Shown here: piece after piece, positions 12,505-25,693 of the stretch
Numbering within the stretch: position 1 is the stretch's first letter
Layout of the letters: every line of letters begins with the position of its first letter
Assembly (NCBI GenBank): GCA_000934665.2
Contig: JYFJ02001667.1
Span: 1 to 64,000, forward strand
Direction of reading: 5' to 3'
DNA from: Catajapyx aquilonaris
Taxonomy: Eukaryota
Length of the DNA stretch: 64,000 bases
Program-made: the position numbers and the translations under genes
The notes under the pieces: generated by a model
The model's database searches: none
What the model was told of the DNA's origin: nothing
The model's input: only the letters and a program-made list of their open reading frames with translations

Positions 12505-13199
12505 ATGGGGAGGGAGGGTAGAATCTTCCATTGCAGGCTCAAGCCAAACTTTCCTCCTCCGCCGAGCAGAGAACATTTAGTCGCCTGGAAATCCTGCATC
12601 CAATTAGTCGAGAGCAGAAAGGAGCCTAGGCTGAAAGGAATTGCCGGCTTCGGTGCCAACTCTATCGCCCAAAGTGGCGGACAAGTTTATATGCCGGGAC
12701 AATAGCGTCACAAGTCACAAATATGCCTCGGAGACCAGGGAGGCGCTTGGGGCAACGGCCCTCGGTGGGACTTTGCAGAAAGGTTTCCATCACTTGGATT
12801 TGCTTGCTGGAAGCGTTTGGAAAGTTCTTTCACACCCTGTACGGTAATCCTCATCCGGTGGGTTCTAAGTGCTGTGGTATTATCACGACCGGCACACGTG
12901 CCCTCCTGCTCTTTCCAAAGTGTATTAAAAGGGCTGTGGACTTTATGCTTACAGTTCATCTCTTGCAATTAAGAACTATTATGGTCTATGTATAATTTAT
13001 TACGTACACAGTATAATCGGAAATTAATTGGCGTCCATACAACTCAACTCGAAAACTTCCAATAACATTTTCATGACTACTAATAACGACGATGTTGATG
13101 TTGCATATAGATCCAGTTCAGTTTCTAATGTCGGCCACTAGTGTATACCTACAGCAATATGATCCGCTTTGAATTATGTCGAAATGTGGCGAAGACAAT

Positions 13200-13852
13200 A
13201 ACAGCGTAACCCCGTCCGAGGGCTGCGGTTTAAGTACCCAGGGGATTCTTAGGAGGTATAATTTAACTGCGAGGAAAGCCGGACAAGTTGAGGTACGATT
13301 GCGGTGACGGAGGCCCACTTTTGTGGGGAGCTCGAGCGACTCATGGCCAACCATATTGCGAAATTCAGAGCAGATCTAACAGCGGTGGTGAACGGATGCA
13401 GTCCTGTCCATATCGACCGTGTAACGCTGTTCGTGACCACTTTGGACGACAAGGGTGAGTGACACACTCTCCTGTTAAGGACGTTGTGTCTGATACGCAT
13501 ATTTGTTATGCCGTGTTCCGTCGGATTTCGACGCTGCAGGGACCGTGTGTGGCAGACATACGCCTTTTTTTTGCCAACCGATTGCCGAGTGCGGAAATAA
13601 CCACTGTACTGTTTGATGTTTTGGTGCGAAAGTTTGGACTGTGGGGCGACTGTGATCACCATGAGGGACCGCTTTAGGTTTTGGGGCCTGTTGTACGTAC
13701 AGTGTACAGTGCTCTTTTGAATGTCGATGTCGGTTTGGTTTTATAATTTTTGGCTGTTGTGCAAATAGTATTTTGTTGATTCTCTTTGTTGCTCTCTGCA
13801 CATTCCATAACACTGTGGTTTGTTGTTGTTGTTGTTGCTGTTGTTGTTGTTA
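13200..13852 (+). mobile_element. Decayed Jockey-like LINE 3' remnant ending in (GTT)n
   Basis: GGPLLWGARATH...EIQSRS...NAVRDH resembles the YGAPxWG..LQxxQN..LHRDL region; (GTT)n at about 13820-13852. Confidence 0.3.
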
Positions 13853-16054
13853 TTACAAGTACAGCCTATATTTTCCTCTGAACTACGGTTGTAAAATGGT
13901 ACTAACCATCTTTATGTAGGGTATAATGACTCCACTTACTACAGTATGTGCTAGAAGTGAGTGTAAGACTGTAAGATGTCCAGAATTTCTCAGAGCACTT
14001 GCTTGTCAACTTCTCCGAACGTTCAACAGCAAGTACGTGACTACGGAAGCACTGGACATTCTGGCCGCCTACCAGAAGGATATAGTCTTCAAGAACTTGT
14101 GACGGTTCCCAGAAGCCACTAGAGTTTCCAGACTGAAGAGCAGCATAACTGTAGACTGAGCCACTTGTCCAGATGTGCCAACCTGCGTCATTTGTCCCTC
14201 CCTGTGCCTGGTAGTAAATGTGACAGGACCGCGTCTTTTCACTGCAGGGAATGCTTCCTTCGTAACTACCACGAAACTTTTGTTCTCTAGTTCTTCAAAC
14301 TCTTTCGGAGCCAGGTTGTAAGGCATAATGCTCTCAGGAGCTTGGCCTATTAGTAGAAATTGGGCTCAAGTTTTGTGCACATTATTAAGAGTCCTTTTAC
14401 AGAAATTACAGTGACATGAGTACCATGTTGATGCAGCATACCTGGAACCTAGCTGGTTCGCTTGCCAGCAACTTAAGCATATTATTCTGGATTAATTACA
14501 TATCTGCATGGTACTTTACAAGTCAGCAATAATGTGAGCCCCACTAAAAATCAGTAGAATTCCCTAGACGCCGACTGGTATCCTGAAATGCAGGGATTGA
14601 AACGGAGCCTTTTCGAAGCCAAATCAAATCATCTCGGGTGCCGGCTCACACCAAAGCAGACTAATACAGCCACGAATTCAGTTGTGTACATCCAACAGAT
14701 GCAATTTCCTTATTTCAGTAATAAATGAGCGTGAAAAGCACGTGCAAAATCTGTTGGCATATAAGGAGTGCTTTGTGCGTGGGCCAATTTCCTGCAAACA
14801 AGCTGTTCCCGAGCGAGGACGGAGGAAAGCTGGGCTTGTGGTCGTTAGAAGAAGATTACCTACAGTAGTACCCCTACCCTACCCTCTCTCTCTGGCTGCC
14901 TGTGTGCTGCGTCATTCGTAACCCGGTCTGCAACGGCACATGCAAATGGAGGTGAGCCAGGTTGCAGCTCTATATGAGGACACTCCGCATAGATCTGGTT
15001 CAAATTTCATCACGGGTTTGTGGTCTACAGTATTCTGTAGGTGGTGTCTGCCGCGCCGTGGGGACCTTTTCTGTCCGGACCCTTAAGTATACTGCTCTAA
15101 TGGAAGAACAGTGTAACACGTGGCAGGTCTCTCCGGATCGTTTCTCACAATGACTCTTCTTCCTGGTTGCCCTGCATTGACACCGTGTATTTCGGCTTCG
15201 GAATCTGCCTTAGCTCTCTTCTCCATTTCACATTCAGAACAGGGAAAGTTGGTGTCTGCTGGGCATGCTCCCCACACATCTAGGGTCGGCTACAGTATTG
15301 CTCCGTCTCCAAATTGGGGCATCATTATGTTTCCAGAGGCTAACAGATTGGGCTGGCTTCCGGCGGGATGCAGCCGCTCCATTATTTTGATCTGACGGCG
15401 GGGCTTGGTCAAAGAATGGGCTAACTAACACCTTGATCAAATAGCGCCAAGTGGTGATCTATTACTCGTGTCAGAAAGTTCCACAGTACAGTACAGTATA
15501 CATCGAGCAGTTTTCACCGGATTCTCATTCGAACGCGCCCGACCATACACATCGTTGGGGGGTTAATACATGTTCTCAAGGGTATGGATACGTACCGTTG
15601 AGGACTAAAAGTCTCTATTGGTGTAGATTCTAATCCGTTACTTTCCGGAAAAGGTGGCCAAGTTTTTAAAAATGAGGATGTCAAATTTCGTTATTGCTTC
15701 AGCAATGTCAACAATTAAAATTTTGACGTCAGTAGCATTCTTGGACTGAATCAATAAATGCTGTTTTTGTACAGCAGTCTACTCCTTACGTCGTAATGAA
15801 ACATGAGACAAGTGCTACTCAACCGTCTAGTTCATTAAATTGATGATCATGCTTTGCTTACAGGATTCGTATAAGTACGCTGGGGCTCAAAATTGGCAAC
15901 ACGACTGTGTCGCCTGTACAATACACGTCACTTCGAGAGAGTGTCGCAATTTCATTCTAAGATACTAATGAGTAATGTAGGACTCATGAAGTTACGAGAA
16001 AGCTCCGTTTCTGTAATGAATAAGTAAGCAATGCTGTCAGAAAACGTGCTAATA

Positions 16055-17675
16055 AGGTGGTTACCGGTTATAGCCATGATAAGGTTTGAGAATTTTTCTA
16101 GCCGCCTTTTTGAAACGAAAAATCAAAACCTTTTTTTTTGTAATTGTTCCCAGGTTAATGTACTGCCATAAGAATAAGTTTAATTCCCCATGAAACCCGA
16201 TCTGCAACGGCACATGCAAATGGAGGTGAGCCATGTTGCAGCTCTATACAGGGTGTAAATGAATTCAGCCGACAAACTTGTAGGGGTAATAGAGGGGACC
16301 AATACAAGTATTTTTGACATAGGAACCCGTGTCAGGAAACGCCATCTAGAGGGGGTTCATAGACAAGGAACGGGTGCGCTCAGACGCGTCACGCGAGAGG
16401 CGCTAGTCGAGCGGACTGTTTTGTTGATAGATGGCGCGCAGGTGTTGCCAGGTTATGACGTATCGTGTCGTTGTAAGTAAACAACAACGCGATACGCCAT
16501 AACCTGGCAACAGCAGAACCGCTGTTGACTATCCGCGCGTCTCCTAGGAGGCGGCCTTTAGTTGCTAGATGACTCTGTTGTTGCCACGTTATGGCACATC
16601 GCATCGTTGGTTACTATCCGAGCGCCATCTATCAACAAAACAGTCCGCTCACCTAGCACCTCTCGCGTGACGCGTCTGAGCGCACCCGTTCCTTGTCTAT
16701 GAACCCCCTCTAGATGGCGTTTCCGGACACGGGTTCCTATGTCAAAAATGTTTGTCTTGGTCCCCTCTATTACCCCTACAAGTTTGTCGGCTGAATTCAT
16801 TTACACCCTGTATATATGAGGACACTCCGCATAGATCTGGTTCAAATTTCATCACGGGTTTGTGGTCTACAGTATTCCGTAGGTGGTGTCGTAGGTTGAT
16901 GAAACTGGTCCAAAAAAACCGAATTCCAAAAGTCGACACAGTGGCCATATCAGGAACATGTGGGCATGATATACCCTTGTTCCACGGTCTACAAATCGTG
17001 ATTTTTTTCCAGTTTCATATAAGAGCAGTTCTGCTGAAATTAAATAATTTTGGTGTGAAATCAATAAACATGATACGAAATGATCCTTTTTGTTGTGCAA
17101 AAGTGGATTCAAAGCAGGAATTGCCATTAAAAATTAAGTTGTTTGCAAAATTGACATTACTATTTCTTTCAAAAAAAAACATTTCAAGAGAAGAGCACAA
17201 GACAAAATTGAGATTGTTAAAACAAATTACTGTCCGCAATTGAGACAAAAAAAATAATACTTGATGTGGCCATGGTGCACTTGATGTGGCCATATCAGGA
17301 GTAGGTCAGCAGCCGTCAGCTTTTACGAAAATTGTTTGATTATGAACAACTCGTAAATCATACACCATCAACGGCAACACCAATCCAAAGAGAATTAAAC
17401 ACTGAATAGAGTACGATGGTTTTCATGAAAAATATATTTGAAAAACATGCATAAAACAATAGGAGACGTACATGAGAAAAACAAGAAGAGGTCACACGAA
17501 AAACACAAACCAGGCAACTGAGGCCATATGGCTCTACCTGGGTGGACGGGAAATGATCAAGTGACACTCTTGGAGGCCCGCTCACTGGCTGATGATGCCA
17601 TATAGCGGATTTCTTTGTTAGTTAACTAGCGGGGTGGGCATATCAGGTACACGGCCATAACCGGTACGACCACCT
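16055..17675. mobile_element. Non-autonomous TIR element flanked by TA, hosting nested insertions
   Basis: Left TA-AGGTGGTTACCGGTTATAGCC, right GGCCATAACCGGTACGACCACCT-TA; internal repeats of GTGGCCATATCAGG near 16941, 17286 and 17635. Confidence 0.6.
16247..16812. mobile_element. Tc1/mariner-derived foldback MITE
   Basis: About 190-bp near-perfect inverted arms starting TACAGGGTGTAAATGAATTCAGCC; TA duplication; uninterrupted paralogous empty site at 14971-14974. Confidence 0.92.
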
Positions 17676-18052
17676 TACACCCGGTTTCTCTGTCTTATAG
17701 ATTAATTTGAATACTAGGTCGAATAATTGTCAGTTAAATCCAAATTTATTTTCTTGAAGAACAAGGCCTCATGATTGCATACGTCTTGTTATAAAAACCC
17801 GAGTTTTTCCATCAACCTCCCGCCGGTAGAACGGTAGAATGCGCACAACGCTGAAAATGTGCACATTCATTGCGCGGATGGTGTAGTTGTGCCCAAAATT
17901 CCTCAAAATAACAAAATGAGTGTGGAAGAAAGATTTTGGGCGACAGAACCCTTTTCGTGTTGACTCAGTTGTCCTTTGACTGTATCAAAATGGCGCTCCT
18001 GCCTTCATCTCCGCCCCATCAGCCCGCCTCTTGACCTGGGGATCATGATGAT

Positions 18053-18225
18053 GGCCTATTGTCATATTCGCGGGAAGTGACCTGTCCGGCTGGTGGCAAG
18101 CCTATTTGCGACCAGGAACCATTGTTGAACTCGATCGGAAACGTGTCCGACAACAATGATTCTCGGTCGCAAATAGGCTTGCCACCAGCCGGACAGGTCA
18201 CTTCCCGTGAATATGACAATAGGCC
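18053..18225. mobile_element. Foldback MITE with GGCC termini and AT flanks (ISL2EU/PIF-superfamily-like)
   Basis: GGCCTATTGTCATATTCGCGGGAAGTGACCTGTCCGGCTGGTGGCAAGCCTATTTGCGACC and its reverse complement (1 mismatch); AT on both sides. Confidence 0.75.
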
Positions 18226-20133
18226 ATGAAGTTGGAAGAGATACATTGCTGTAGAAGCATCAGATGAAAGAGCGCTCAAAATTCGTGTCTTGGGATATGT
18301 TCCGTTTGGATAGCAGAGGATAAACAATTCACTTATACTAAATGCTAGAGGCATTCTTCTTCTGCTGTACGGAGTATTACGAGCAGGAACATCCCCGGCA
18401 TTTTTAGCATTTTTCCTTTCCCACAAGGAAAATTCCTTCTAACCTACACAATCACTTGGTACGTGTAATTTTATTGGAAAAAAAATTTAGAGGAGCCAAA
18501 AAGCAACACCCTCACCACCTACTGTGGCCACCTCGTCTGCGAAGCTTATAAAGGCAGCCCAACAAACTTGGTCCCAGGACGCGTTCCCTCCTAACTGCAC
18601 AATTAATAAGTCAAATTGTATTTATAGTATAATTAAAACGTTCCATTGCCCCACTTTTTGGTCAAGTTATTAGAGGAGGCTTGGAAGAAGCCCTTCATAC
18701 AAAATCATCAATTTATTTGCGAATTTCTTTTGCAAGGAGAAAAAATGCTTTAATTTGTCCGCATTTTTTTGCCACTGATTGTACCTTGTATATTTAAAAA
18801 CTGTGAGATTTTCTTATAAAAGTGGAAAAATCGGCGCACAAAATCCATATTTTGTAGGTGAGAACGCTATAGAGACGACGTAATAATGCTAGTACTGTGA
18901 GTATGCAAATGACAAAGTAGTTGTAAAGCTGCGCTATTATAAGGGACAATCATACTGTTATCCAGAATCTGACAGCTTACCCAAACTGTAATGGTTTAAA
19001 TCATAGTTTTTAATGAATATTTAAATAATGATACAATATTATTAGATACACTGTAACTCTATTTTTGGAATATCATTGTATCATGGGACATCACCTGTCA
19101 GAGACATCTATAGTTCACTCCTGATTAATTATTAATCGTATAACCGATACACGTTTTACACGTCTAGCACTACACAAAATTAATTATTAGAAATGTAATT
19201 TTTATGATCTGGAGAGCTATCTACCACCACAGCATACTGTATCCGTACGTAAATATTGCAAGGCAGCAAGGTTACAGTGGCACTGTGCCCCCATTTTCAT
19301 CTCCTCACCAAACTATTCCCGCACCACTGAAAACTTTTCACTTCCAAATTACATTGCATTAACTGATTGAACCACTAGAAAATGGCCATTCTTTCCATGG
19401 CACATGGAAGCCAAGAGCTGCTGTGAAAATAATATTATGTGACACGTTCATTTAGTGCCGGCAATTACTTTTTACACCCTCCCCCTTGATACCATCCCGC
19501 TATTCATAATCCTCTAATCCTATTTCACTATTTCATAAACCGATTACCCAATTAGTTGTTGACAAATGCTTACATTACCACCATATCAAACAGGTGTTCC
19601 AAATTAGCCAAAAAAAACTACTCGAATTGAAGCAGATCAAATTTTGTTTTCTCCAAAAATAAAAATATAGTGTCGTCTTAGTATACCAACAGGTAGAAGT
19701 GCTTACAATGCGCCGGATAAGTCTTGACTTTGTTTGAAACGGCTAAATCTGCTCTCTTGCCAGCCTCACCACCATAAATTTATTTCGAATGGAGTGTTTA
19801 TTTTACACTTGATGCATGTTTTTCAAATAAACCCCCCTCCCCTCCTCCTATCCCAATACCCACTCTTAGGAAAAATCCAATAGAAAGCAAGCTCCCTCCC
19901 TCCCTTCCCCCTCCACCCCCTGCTAATTGGGACGAGTCCAGAGGTCCACATCCCCCCTCCTTATTGATCTTTTCCGGCGGGAAAGGAGTATTTTCGGCGG
20001 TGGGATGTTGGTAGAGACAGAGAGAAAGGCTTTCTCCACACTATTTCAGGGTCTACAGTGAGCCTCTGACCGCATTGCTCCCTTTGCCGTGACCTACCCT
20101 ACGAATGTCATGTGCAGCTTTTCAGGTGGGAGA

Positions 20134-20135
<2 letters not shown>

Positions 20136-20171
<36 letters not shown>
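20136..20171 (+). repeat. (CA)n microsatellite
   Basis: About 17 tandem CA units. Confidence 0.95.
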
Positions 20172-20173
<2 letters not shown>

Positions 20174-21993
20174 ACTGTCACACTATGGCGCCTGGTTGCA
20201 CTAATCTGCTTTTGGAAATAAATTACAAGTCAACCCTCGTGTCGAGGGGGGAAAAATAAACATATATAACTGACAGTGGGGTTGCTGAATGAAACGGCTA
20301 ATTTTGGATGCCTCTCATTATTTGCGCCAGCGATGTGCAGTGCAAATAAACAGCCGTGTATAGTTACAGTGGTTTTTTTTAAAACTGGCTTATTGATACA
20401 GCTACTCTTCTGGAGGGAGTTCATTCTGATTATAATTTCCTTTGTGTACGGTATTATTGCATGTGGATCGCCGACCACAGAATGATAGTCAACAATGTCA
20501 AAGCTGTTTCCTTCTCTGTTATGAATATCACTTTGCGGCCAGTGATTCAGGTGCACAAAGGGCACGAATATTGAGAAGTTGATAAATCCGCAGTGTATAG
20601 GTTTGCTGATATAGTGGGAACGACCACTTGTCGTAAAGTTTCAGATTGTTTTTATGACGCAGTTATTTTCTCGTTACTGATATAGCCGTACTATATTGTT
20701 GTCGATATTCATGACACTGCGAGAGTAGTTGAAATGTGTCACGCAATTCTCTTTATCAGAAGTGGTATTGACCTGGTCCGATAGTGTGTCCGTATAGTAG
20801 CAGGGCCTAAGAAACCCGGGGGACGACGCACCTGAATTGGTATCGGTGGTAAATGTTGACAATAAAATGAGGACGAAGTTTATTGATAATTTAACTAGAA
20901 ATTACGATCGGATTGCGTAAGAAATAAAGGAATAACTTTGGCAACTTTGATATTATGAATCATACAGGTTATAAAATGTGGCAAGTGGTCATGTTCTATG
21001 CTCTATTGCCCTGCGGTGCACTAATGGATTTAGAGGTTGGTAAAGTAATGAGCGAAGTTGTCAATTATTGCAACAAAAATACGCTATATCAAGATTACTG
21101 GTGTATAGCCTGTTCATACTTTTTGGTCGAGTTCCTTCCCTTATTTCTCACTTAATGAGACACTAGTTCTCACAATAACACGTTGCAACCGCAAAAAGAA
21201 CTCCGAAGTAGTTGGTCGGTGAAGGGAAAGAACTCGTCGCTTTATTATTATGAGGAGAGCAACAGCAACTCGGGACTTGGAAGAGGATTGGAATTCACGC
21301 CAAAGGCTGTGGCTCGTTGTGCTTGGTGCTTCCGCGGTGGTGTTGGAGATATGAGAATGGCAGAGGCTGGACCTGGAGGGCCCACTTCATCTTCCAGCCA
21401 GACTTATCCTCTCCCCCATACCTCTGCCATCACTATAAAGAGAGGTTCCATCCGTGAGTTGCCAGTTATCCCTATCTCACTCCGATTGAGACAGATTGAG
21501 ACCACGTGGGCATTGATGAAGAGTAATGCCATCGGATGGTAGGCCCCGTCTGGTGCAGTATTCAACAAGATAGCGTCGAAGCAAGGGCTACTCGGAAAGA
21601 TGGTGTCGTAATGTGTCATCGGTACGACTACATGAGGATATTAGCACGTGGCATTGAATGATTCCACCTGTGGAGGGCACTGGTAGATGCTTTGACTCTG
21701 TTGATGCCTCATTCCTTCATAACCACCACGGAACCTTATTTACCAGCAAGTGTTGGCCTTTGAAGTGAACTTCGAACCTCCTACAAACTTTCATCTTTCA
21801 GCAAACTTTCCTTGGTGAAAGAGGCGAGGTGTTTTCAGCCGCTGTTACAAATGAAGTACTCTCAGTCCTCAGATTGTAGGTAAGGATGCTTCTAAAATTG
21901 CTACGTAATGTCGCGCGAAGTTTTCCCATCATAACAAAATGATTGAGATACATTACACAACATTCCGAGTATAGCCCTTATCGGAATTGGTTT

Positions 21994-22427
21994 GTTTGTT
22001 TGTTTGTTTGTTTGTTGTACCCCATGCTAGGGCCCTAGGGGAGAAGGGGAGTGGAATACCACCATCTGGTGCAGGGGACAGGATAGGGATAATGAGGGGT
22101 GGACACTGGTGCAAGTGCAATGTCTCATTTTGGGGGTCGTGTGCAGTCCCTCAGGGGGCCCGTTCGCCAAGATGGCCACCTAGATGCGGGTCAGAAACCT
22201 CCCACCGACACCGCACCTCCTCATGGACGGGACAAGGATAGGAAAGGAAGGAAGCGGCTGTGGCCTATTATTTAGGAAGCAACCACGGAATTCTCCTGGG
22301 GGGACCGTGGGAATCCACAGAAAACCACTGTTAGGATTGCCGGCCCCAGGACTCGAACCCAGGACCTCCCGATTAGCAGTCGAACACCTTATCCACTCCA
22401 CCAAGCTGCTTCGGTTATGAAGTTACG
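21994..22427 (-). mobile_element. tRNA-Ser(GCT)-like-headed SINE family C
   Basis: Head gagtggataaggtgttcgactgctaatc...gggttcgagtcc; central ggccacagccgcttccttcc motif; (AAAC)n tail; 18-bp TSD CCTTATCGGAATTGGTTT (21976-21993, 22428-22445). Confidence 0.88.
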
Positions 22428-22864
22428 CCTTATCGGAATTGGTTTCATGTCATCCGATTCGCTGGATTTGAATTTATAGTACTAGGTCTAATAGGAAGCA
22501 TTCCTGAATGCAATATTAACCAAGTTCCAAAACCAGTTAGCTTGTAACCTGAAACTGACTGGCTAATAGGCCGCAGGTAAATAATGACAAGGAGATTTAT
22601 TTGCTACATTTTATTCAATTACACCCCTCGCACTCTGAACACACAACATACACTTAAGGGCAAGCTTGGGTTAAAAGAACCTATAAAACAAACAAACAAA
22701 CAAACAAACACAGCTAACTAGAAAAGTAGAATTATTTGTTAAAAGCTTTCTCTTGTTCAAAGGAATAACTGGTACGAAGGTTAAGAAAAACAATATGAGA
22801 ATTAAGTGAACTCGGTTCAAGGCCCGGTCTTATAATACTCAGGTCTCGACACTCCCTCCACTTT

Positions 22865-23080
22865 TGCGTGAGCTTAGTTGCTCTCCCCCGCCCAGGGGGA
22901 GTTTCCAATTTGGCGCTGCTGTCGCTCCACTGTTCCCGGGGCGGTTCGGCGGACGACTCTGCGAACGTGCTCCGAATCCTGCTGCAGTGCAAAGAGTCAT
23001 CCGCCCGAATCACCCTGGGAACCGTGGAGCGACAGCAGCGCCAAATCGGAAACTCCATCTTGGGGGAGAAACTTAGCGCA
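22865..23080. mobile_element. GC-rich foldback element (probable MITE)
   Basis: ggagtttccaatttggcgctgctgtcgctccac pairs with gtggagcgacagcagcgccaaatcggaaactcc; pairing continues inward and outward. No clear TSD. Confidence 0.65.
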
Positions 23081-23094
23081 TAGGGTTACCCCCA

Positions 23095-23575
23095 GCATAC
23101 ATGAAAGAGGTGGAGGAAGGATCGTTAATATTTTATCAAGTCTTACTACACCTGACTTAGCTTTGGATACCACTAATCACAAATCCTAACATGAAAATTA
23201 GTCTGGCATGAACATATTCTGTGAACAGCTTGTGCAGTCAATACTGTTGTATACAGGGTGACCATCAAGTACCATTCTATAGGACAAAACAACTACAGGT
23301 AAACAAAGTTGCATAAAATCTTGTAAAACTAAGTCTATAAAGCCTTTGAAACATTATCAACTACTGTGTCCTGTCAACTGTTTAAAATTGTATTACACCT
23401 GTATCATTGCAGGTGATCAGGTTGTGTTGGGAGATTGTGAAGCTGTATCACTGCAGGTCAATTGCAATGATACAGGCGTAATACATGACATAATTTAAGC
23501 ATGGTGTTCCAAGGTATCAGGGTTGTTTTTAGTTATCACTAATATCACTCCAAGTACTAATTCTTGTGTAGCTAG
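23095..23575 (+). repeat. About 480-bp direct duplication, copy 1
   Basis: Near-identical to 27315-27799 (gcatacatgaaagaggtggagg...cttgtgtagctag). Confidence 0.95.
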
Positions 23576-23732
23576 GTAGGAGTGACAGGGGGATGGTTCA
23601 AGGAGTCCGAGGGTGTGTTCTTGTCTTCAATAAGCTGTGGAACCGGAAGTATGTGTTTTTACTGTAACTGTGGGTACTACTGTCCCCACAATTTCGATTA
23701 GCAGGGTTTCACAAAAGTCCATTTCTCTCAGC

Positions 23733-24090
23733 CTAGGTTAGTTAGGGTAGGTTAGTTAGGGTAGGGTATGGTAGGGTAGGTTAGATTAGGTCAGGTCGGT
23801 TTACACTAGCTTTGAAAAGTTGAGTTTTCAAAGTTCCCATAGCTTATTGAGCGCAAGTCTGGACGCGTATTGCTATCCTTGTGAGGAATTTTGTCATTAC
23901 GAGGTAGTTTTCCTGTACCTCATAGTGAACACACGCCTCACAAGGATAGGGAAAAATCGAAAAATACCTCATAAAGACAGTAAAAATATATTTCACCAAA
24001 ATTTCGTGTGTTTCCTTGTAGGTTAGGTTAGTTTTAAATTTTAAATTTTGGAAAAACCTCAAGGATAGGAATGCGCAAGGATAGGGTGTG
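23733..24090 (+). repeat. Dispersed repeat with degenerate TTAGG tract and CAAGGATAGG motifs
   Basis: ttagggtagg/ttagg tract; caaggatagg three times (near 23941, 24060, 24076) and one inverted copy near 23873. Confidence 0.5.
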
Positions 24091-25409
24091 TATATGACAT
24101 AAAAGACAAAGAATCAATGAAAATCAATTGATAAACACTGGTCTCGCATATGCAAAATACATTCCTTGGTCACAATAGCTTCATGACATTATGCTCACCT
24201 TACCATCCTCGAGGCTACATATTGTCACCTGTATTGGGCTCACCTACATAATCAAATAATTTTCAACTGTTTTTGAAGTTGGAGGTAAAGGTGGGGTATT
24301 CCCAAGTGTGAGGTTACCAACAAAATTAACCAACCACCAAAAATCACTCACGTCAATATATTATTCTAGTTTTAAAAATCACTTATTTTTTGTACCATTT
24401 ATTGCCTTTTGTTTTTTGGGCTTTAACTTACGGTACTGTGACATGTGAGAAGTTTAAAAAATATCATAACAACAACAAGTCAAGCACTAAATTGATCTCA
24501 GTTGCTTTCACTCCAAAACACACAATATTTTGTTTTGTATTTCTTTTACTTGAAAATGTCTACATGGTCTGGGGAAGGGAGGGGCAGGAGGGAATAACAA
24601 AAAAAGCATTGTGATGTATGTACAGCTATTTAACTACTCTCGTGTTACCATTTTGCCCCTTTTTGTATCACTCATGCACACAAAAAAGAGTGAGCTGGTG
24701 GGGGGTAAAATTACAGTGACACTTGTAAAGATATAATTTTTATTTCGTTCTTATTCTATTATTCGCATAAAATGCAGTGAAAGTGGTGGCGGGGAAAGGG
24801 TTGAGGGGGGGACAGTCACAGCCATTACACTCTCAATCAAGAGTAAATGAGTCAAAAAAATGTACAATTTCTCAACTACTCGAGTCCAAGTTACTTGGAA
24901 GTTAACGTCTTTTTATTTATCTCCAATTAAAATTGCCTCCTGAGGAATAAACAATTCCTTGCCATTGCAAAATGTTGCGAGTTACAGCAGTGTCAAGACG
25001 TCCCTGAAGTAGTGATTATCTCTTTCCTTCTTTCCTCCATAAAAGCTTCCACGACGACAAAGAAATGTGTGGTATTTACTTGATTAACTAATCTAATTAA
25101 AATAGGTTTTTCCTTCATTAATTTAATTTACCGTATTTACTTGAATAGAAGTCGAATCTAAGTTGTACCTCTAGTTTTGTATAATGTTAGCTATGGAGGA
25201 ATGCTTTGTACCTGCTTCTAAGATGCACCCAAGGATGGACCCCATTTTTTCCTGTACTTTTAAAGACAAAAAGGGAGACTTCGATTCGAGTAAATAGGCC
25301 ATGTAACAGCAAGAACAAACGACTTGCATGTTTCGTAAGAACCGGACCAAATATTACAATGCCTACAAAATTTAAAAGAAGGAAATTCCAACTCTACTGG
25401 AAGCAGATT

Positions 25410-25601
25410 TCAAAAACGTTTCACAGAAAAATCCTGCTCCTCCATCTCCTTCATATTTTGACGAAGGGTCAATAACCTTACTTCGGCCTGGGTAGCATGA
25501 ATATCAGCTACCCGAACATGTGATCGGGCCATCTTGAGTTCCACGGACACTTTGGTACATTGCTGACTGCCCAGTGCATGGGCCTCACTCAGTCTCTGGA
25601 C
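25410..25601 (-). CDS. WAC: WAC (WW domain-containing adapter with coiled-coil / wacky)-like: last exon, C-terminal coiled coil
   Basis: VQRLSEAHALGSQQCTKVSVELKMARSHVRVADIHATQAEVRLLTLRQNMKEME resembles the conserved WAC C-terminus (human ASRLREEAHNMG...[34 protein letters not shown], from memory). Acceptor ccacag; TGA at 25412-25410. Confidence 0.8.
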   Translation of the reverse strand, partial: VQRLSEAHALGSQQCTKVSVELKMARSHVRVADIHATQAEVRLLTLRQNMKEMEEQDFSVKRF

Positions 25602-25693
25602 CTGTGGCATGGGATACATGGTGAGCAGTGGAAGCCAGTGGAAGTACATTAAATTTCCTTTCAGACTTGAGGTCTGTGTTTGGAAAAACTAAC

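Noticed and set aside
16259..16800. Two near-identical ORFs MNSADKLVGV... on opposite strands
   Set aside because: Artefact of the MITE's inverted arms, not a gene pair.
22340..22410. SINE heads as functional tRNA genes (also near 11400, 40830, 42220, 44450, 49790, 51720, 57735)
   Set aside because: They have A/B boxes but no complete cloverleaf, and continue into SINE bodies, most with tails and TSDs.
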